The notes beneath the pieces are model-generated. The model searched no databases and was not told where the DNA came from. It saw only the letters and a list, made by a program, of their open reading frames with translations. A stretch of 63,511 nucleotides of DNA, filler included, from Octopus bimaculoides (taxonomy: Eukaryota): NCBI RefSeq assembly GCF_001194135.2. It is 7 parts of 5 records of this genome, joined end to end, with 100 filler letters (N's around TTAATTAATTAA, not from the genome) between each part and the next. Parts side by side here need not be neighbours in the genome. Positions count along the whole stretch, not along the records: positions 53,587 to 63,511 come from NC_068987.1; 6 more parts are not named here. One strand, written 5' to 3'. Below, piece after piece: positions 63,317-63,511 of this stretch (its first letter is position 1; each line of letters opens with the position of its first letter). The translations under genes and the position numbers were made by a program.

Positions 63317-63511
63317 ATATATATATATATATATAACAGATTGTAGCCGTTTCCTCAACATGCAGGGATTGAACACCTTTTTTGTATATCTTAAATTACA
63401 TCTGACGAGATTCGACTTTCAAATTATTAATAATCTTATTAATTAATTTTCTGAAGGTCTTGAATTGAAACAGCTGTAAGGGATTAAAAAATTACTATTT
63501 CTAAATCTCAC

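Overview
AT-rich, repeat-dense animal genomic DNA with many N gaps. It is most likely a coleoid cephalopod (Octopus-like); this is inferred from the SINE and microsatellite landscape. The only gene I can name is EIF2AK4/GCN2, seen as two spliced RWD-domain exons on the minus strand (6598-6700, 4654-4827). Its first coding exons are not visible. An ETS/E-box promoter near 53.9 kb drives an unidentified minus-strand gene with a hydrophobic exon, and possibly a divergent plus-strand gene (best exon 61320-61423). The rest is tRNA-derived SINEs (about four families), LINE relics (RTE, CR1-like, CRE, R4/Dong-like, Penelope-like), Tc1/mariner relics, MITEs with clear TIRs and target duplications, and microsatellites. 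The most interesting non-genic signals are: a well-formed type I hammerhead ribozyme fold at 4227-4302 plus two degenerate relatives; a 22-bp hairpin whose 5' arm starts with the let-7 seed (49094-49145); a retrotransposon family embedded in (CATA)n arrays; and a MITE carrying telomeric (CCCTAA)n. Most long ORFs in the supplied track are artefacts of N runs or microsatellites. Six TTAATTAATTAA spacers mark artificial scaffold joins. Repeat boundaries are approximate, read by eye.
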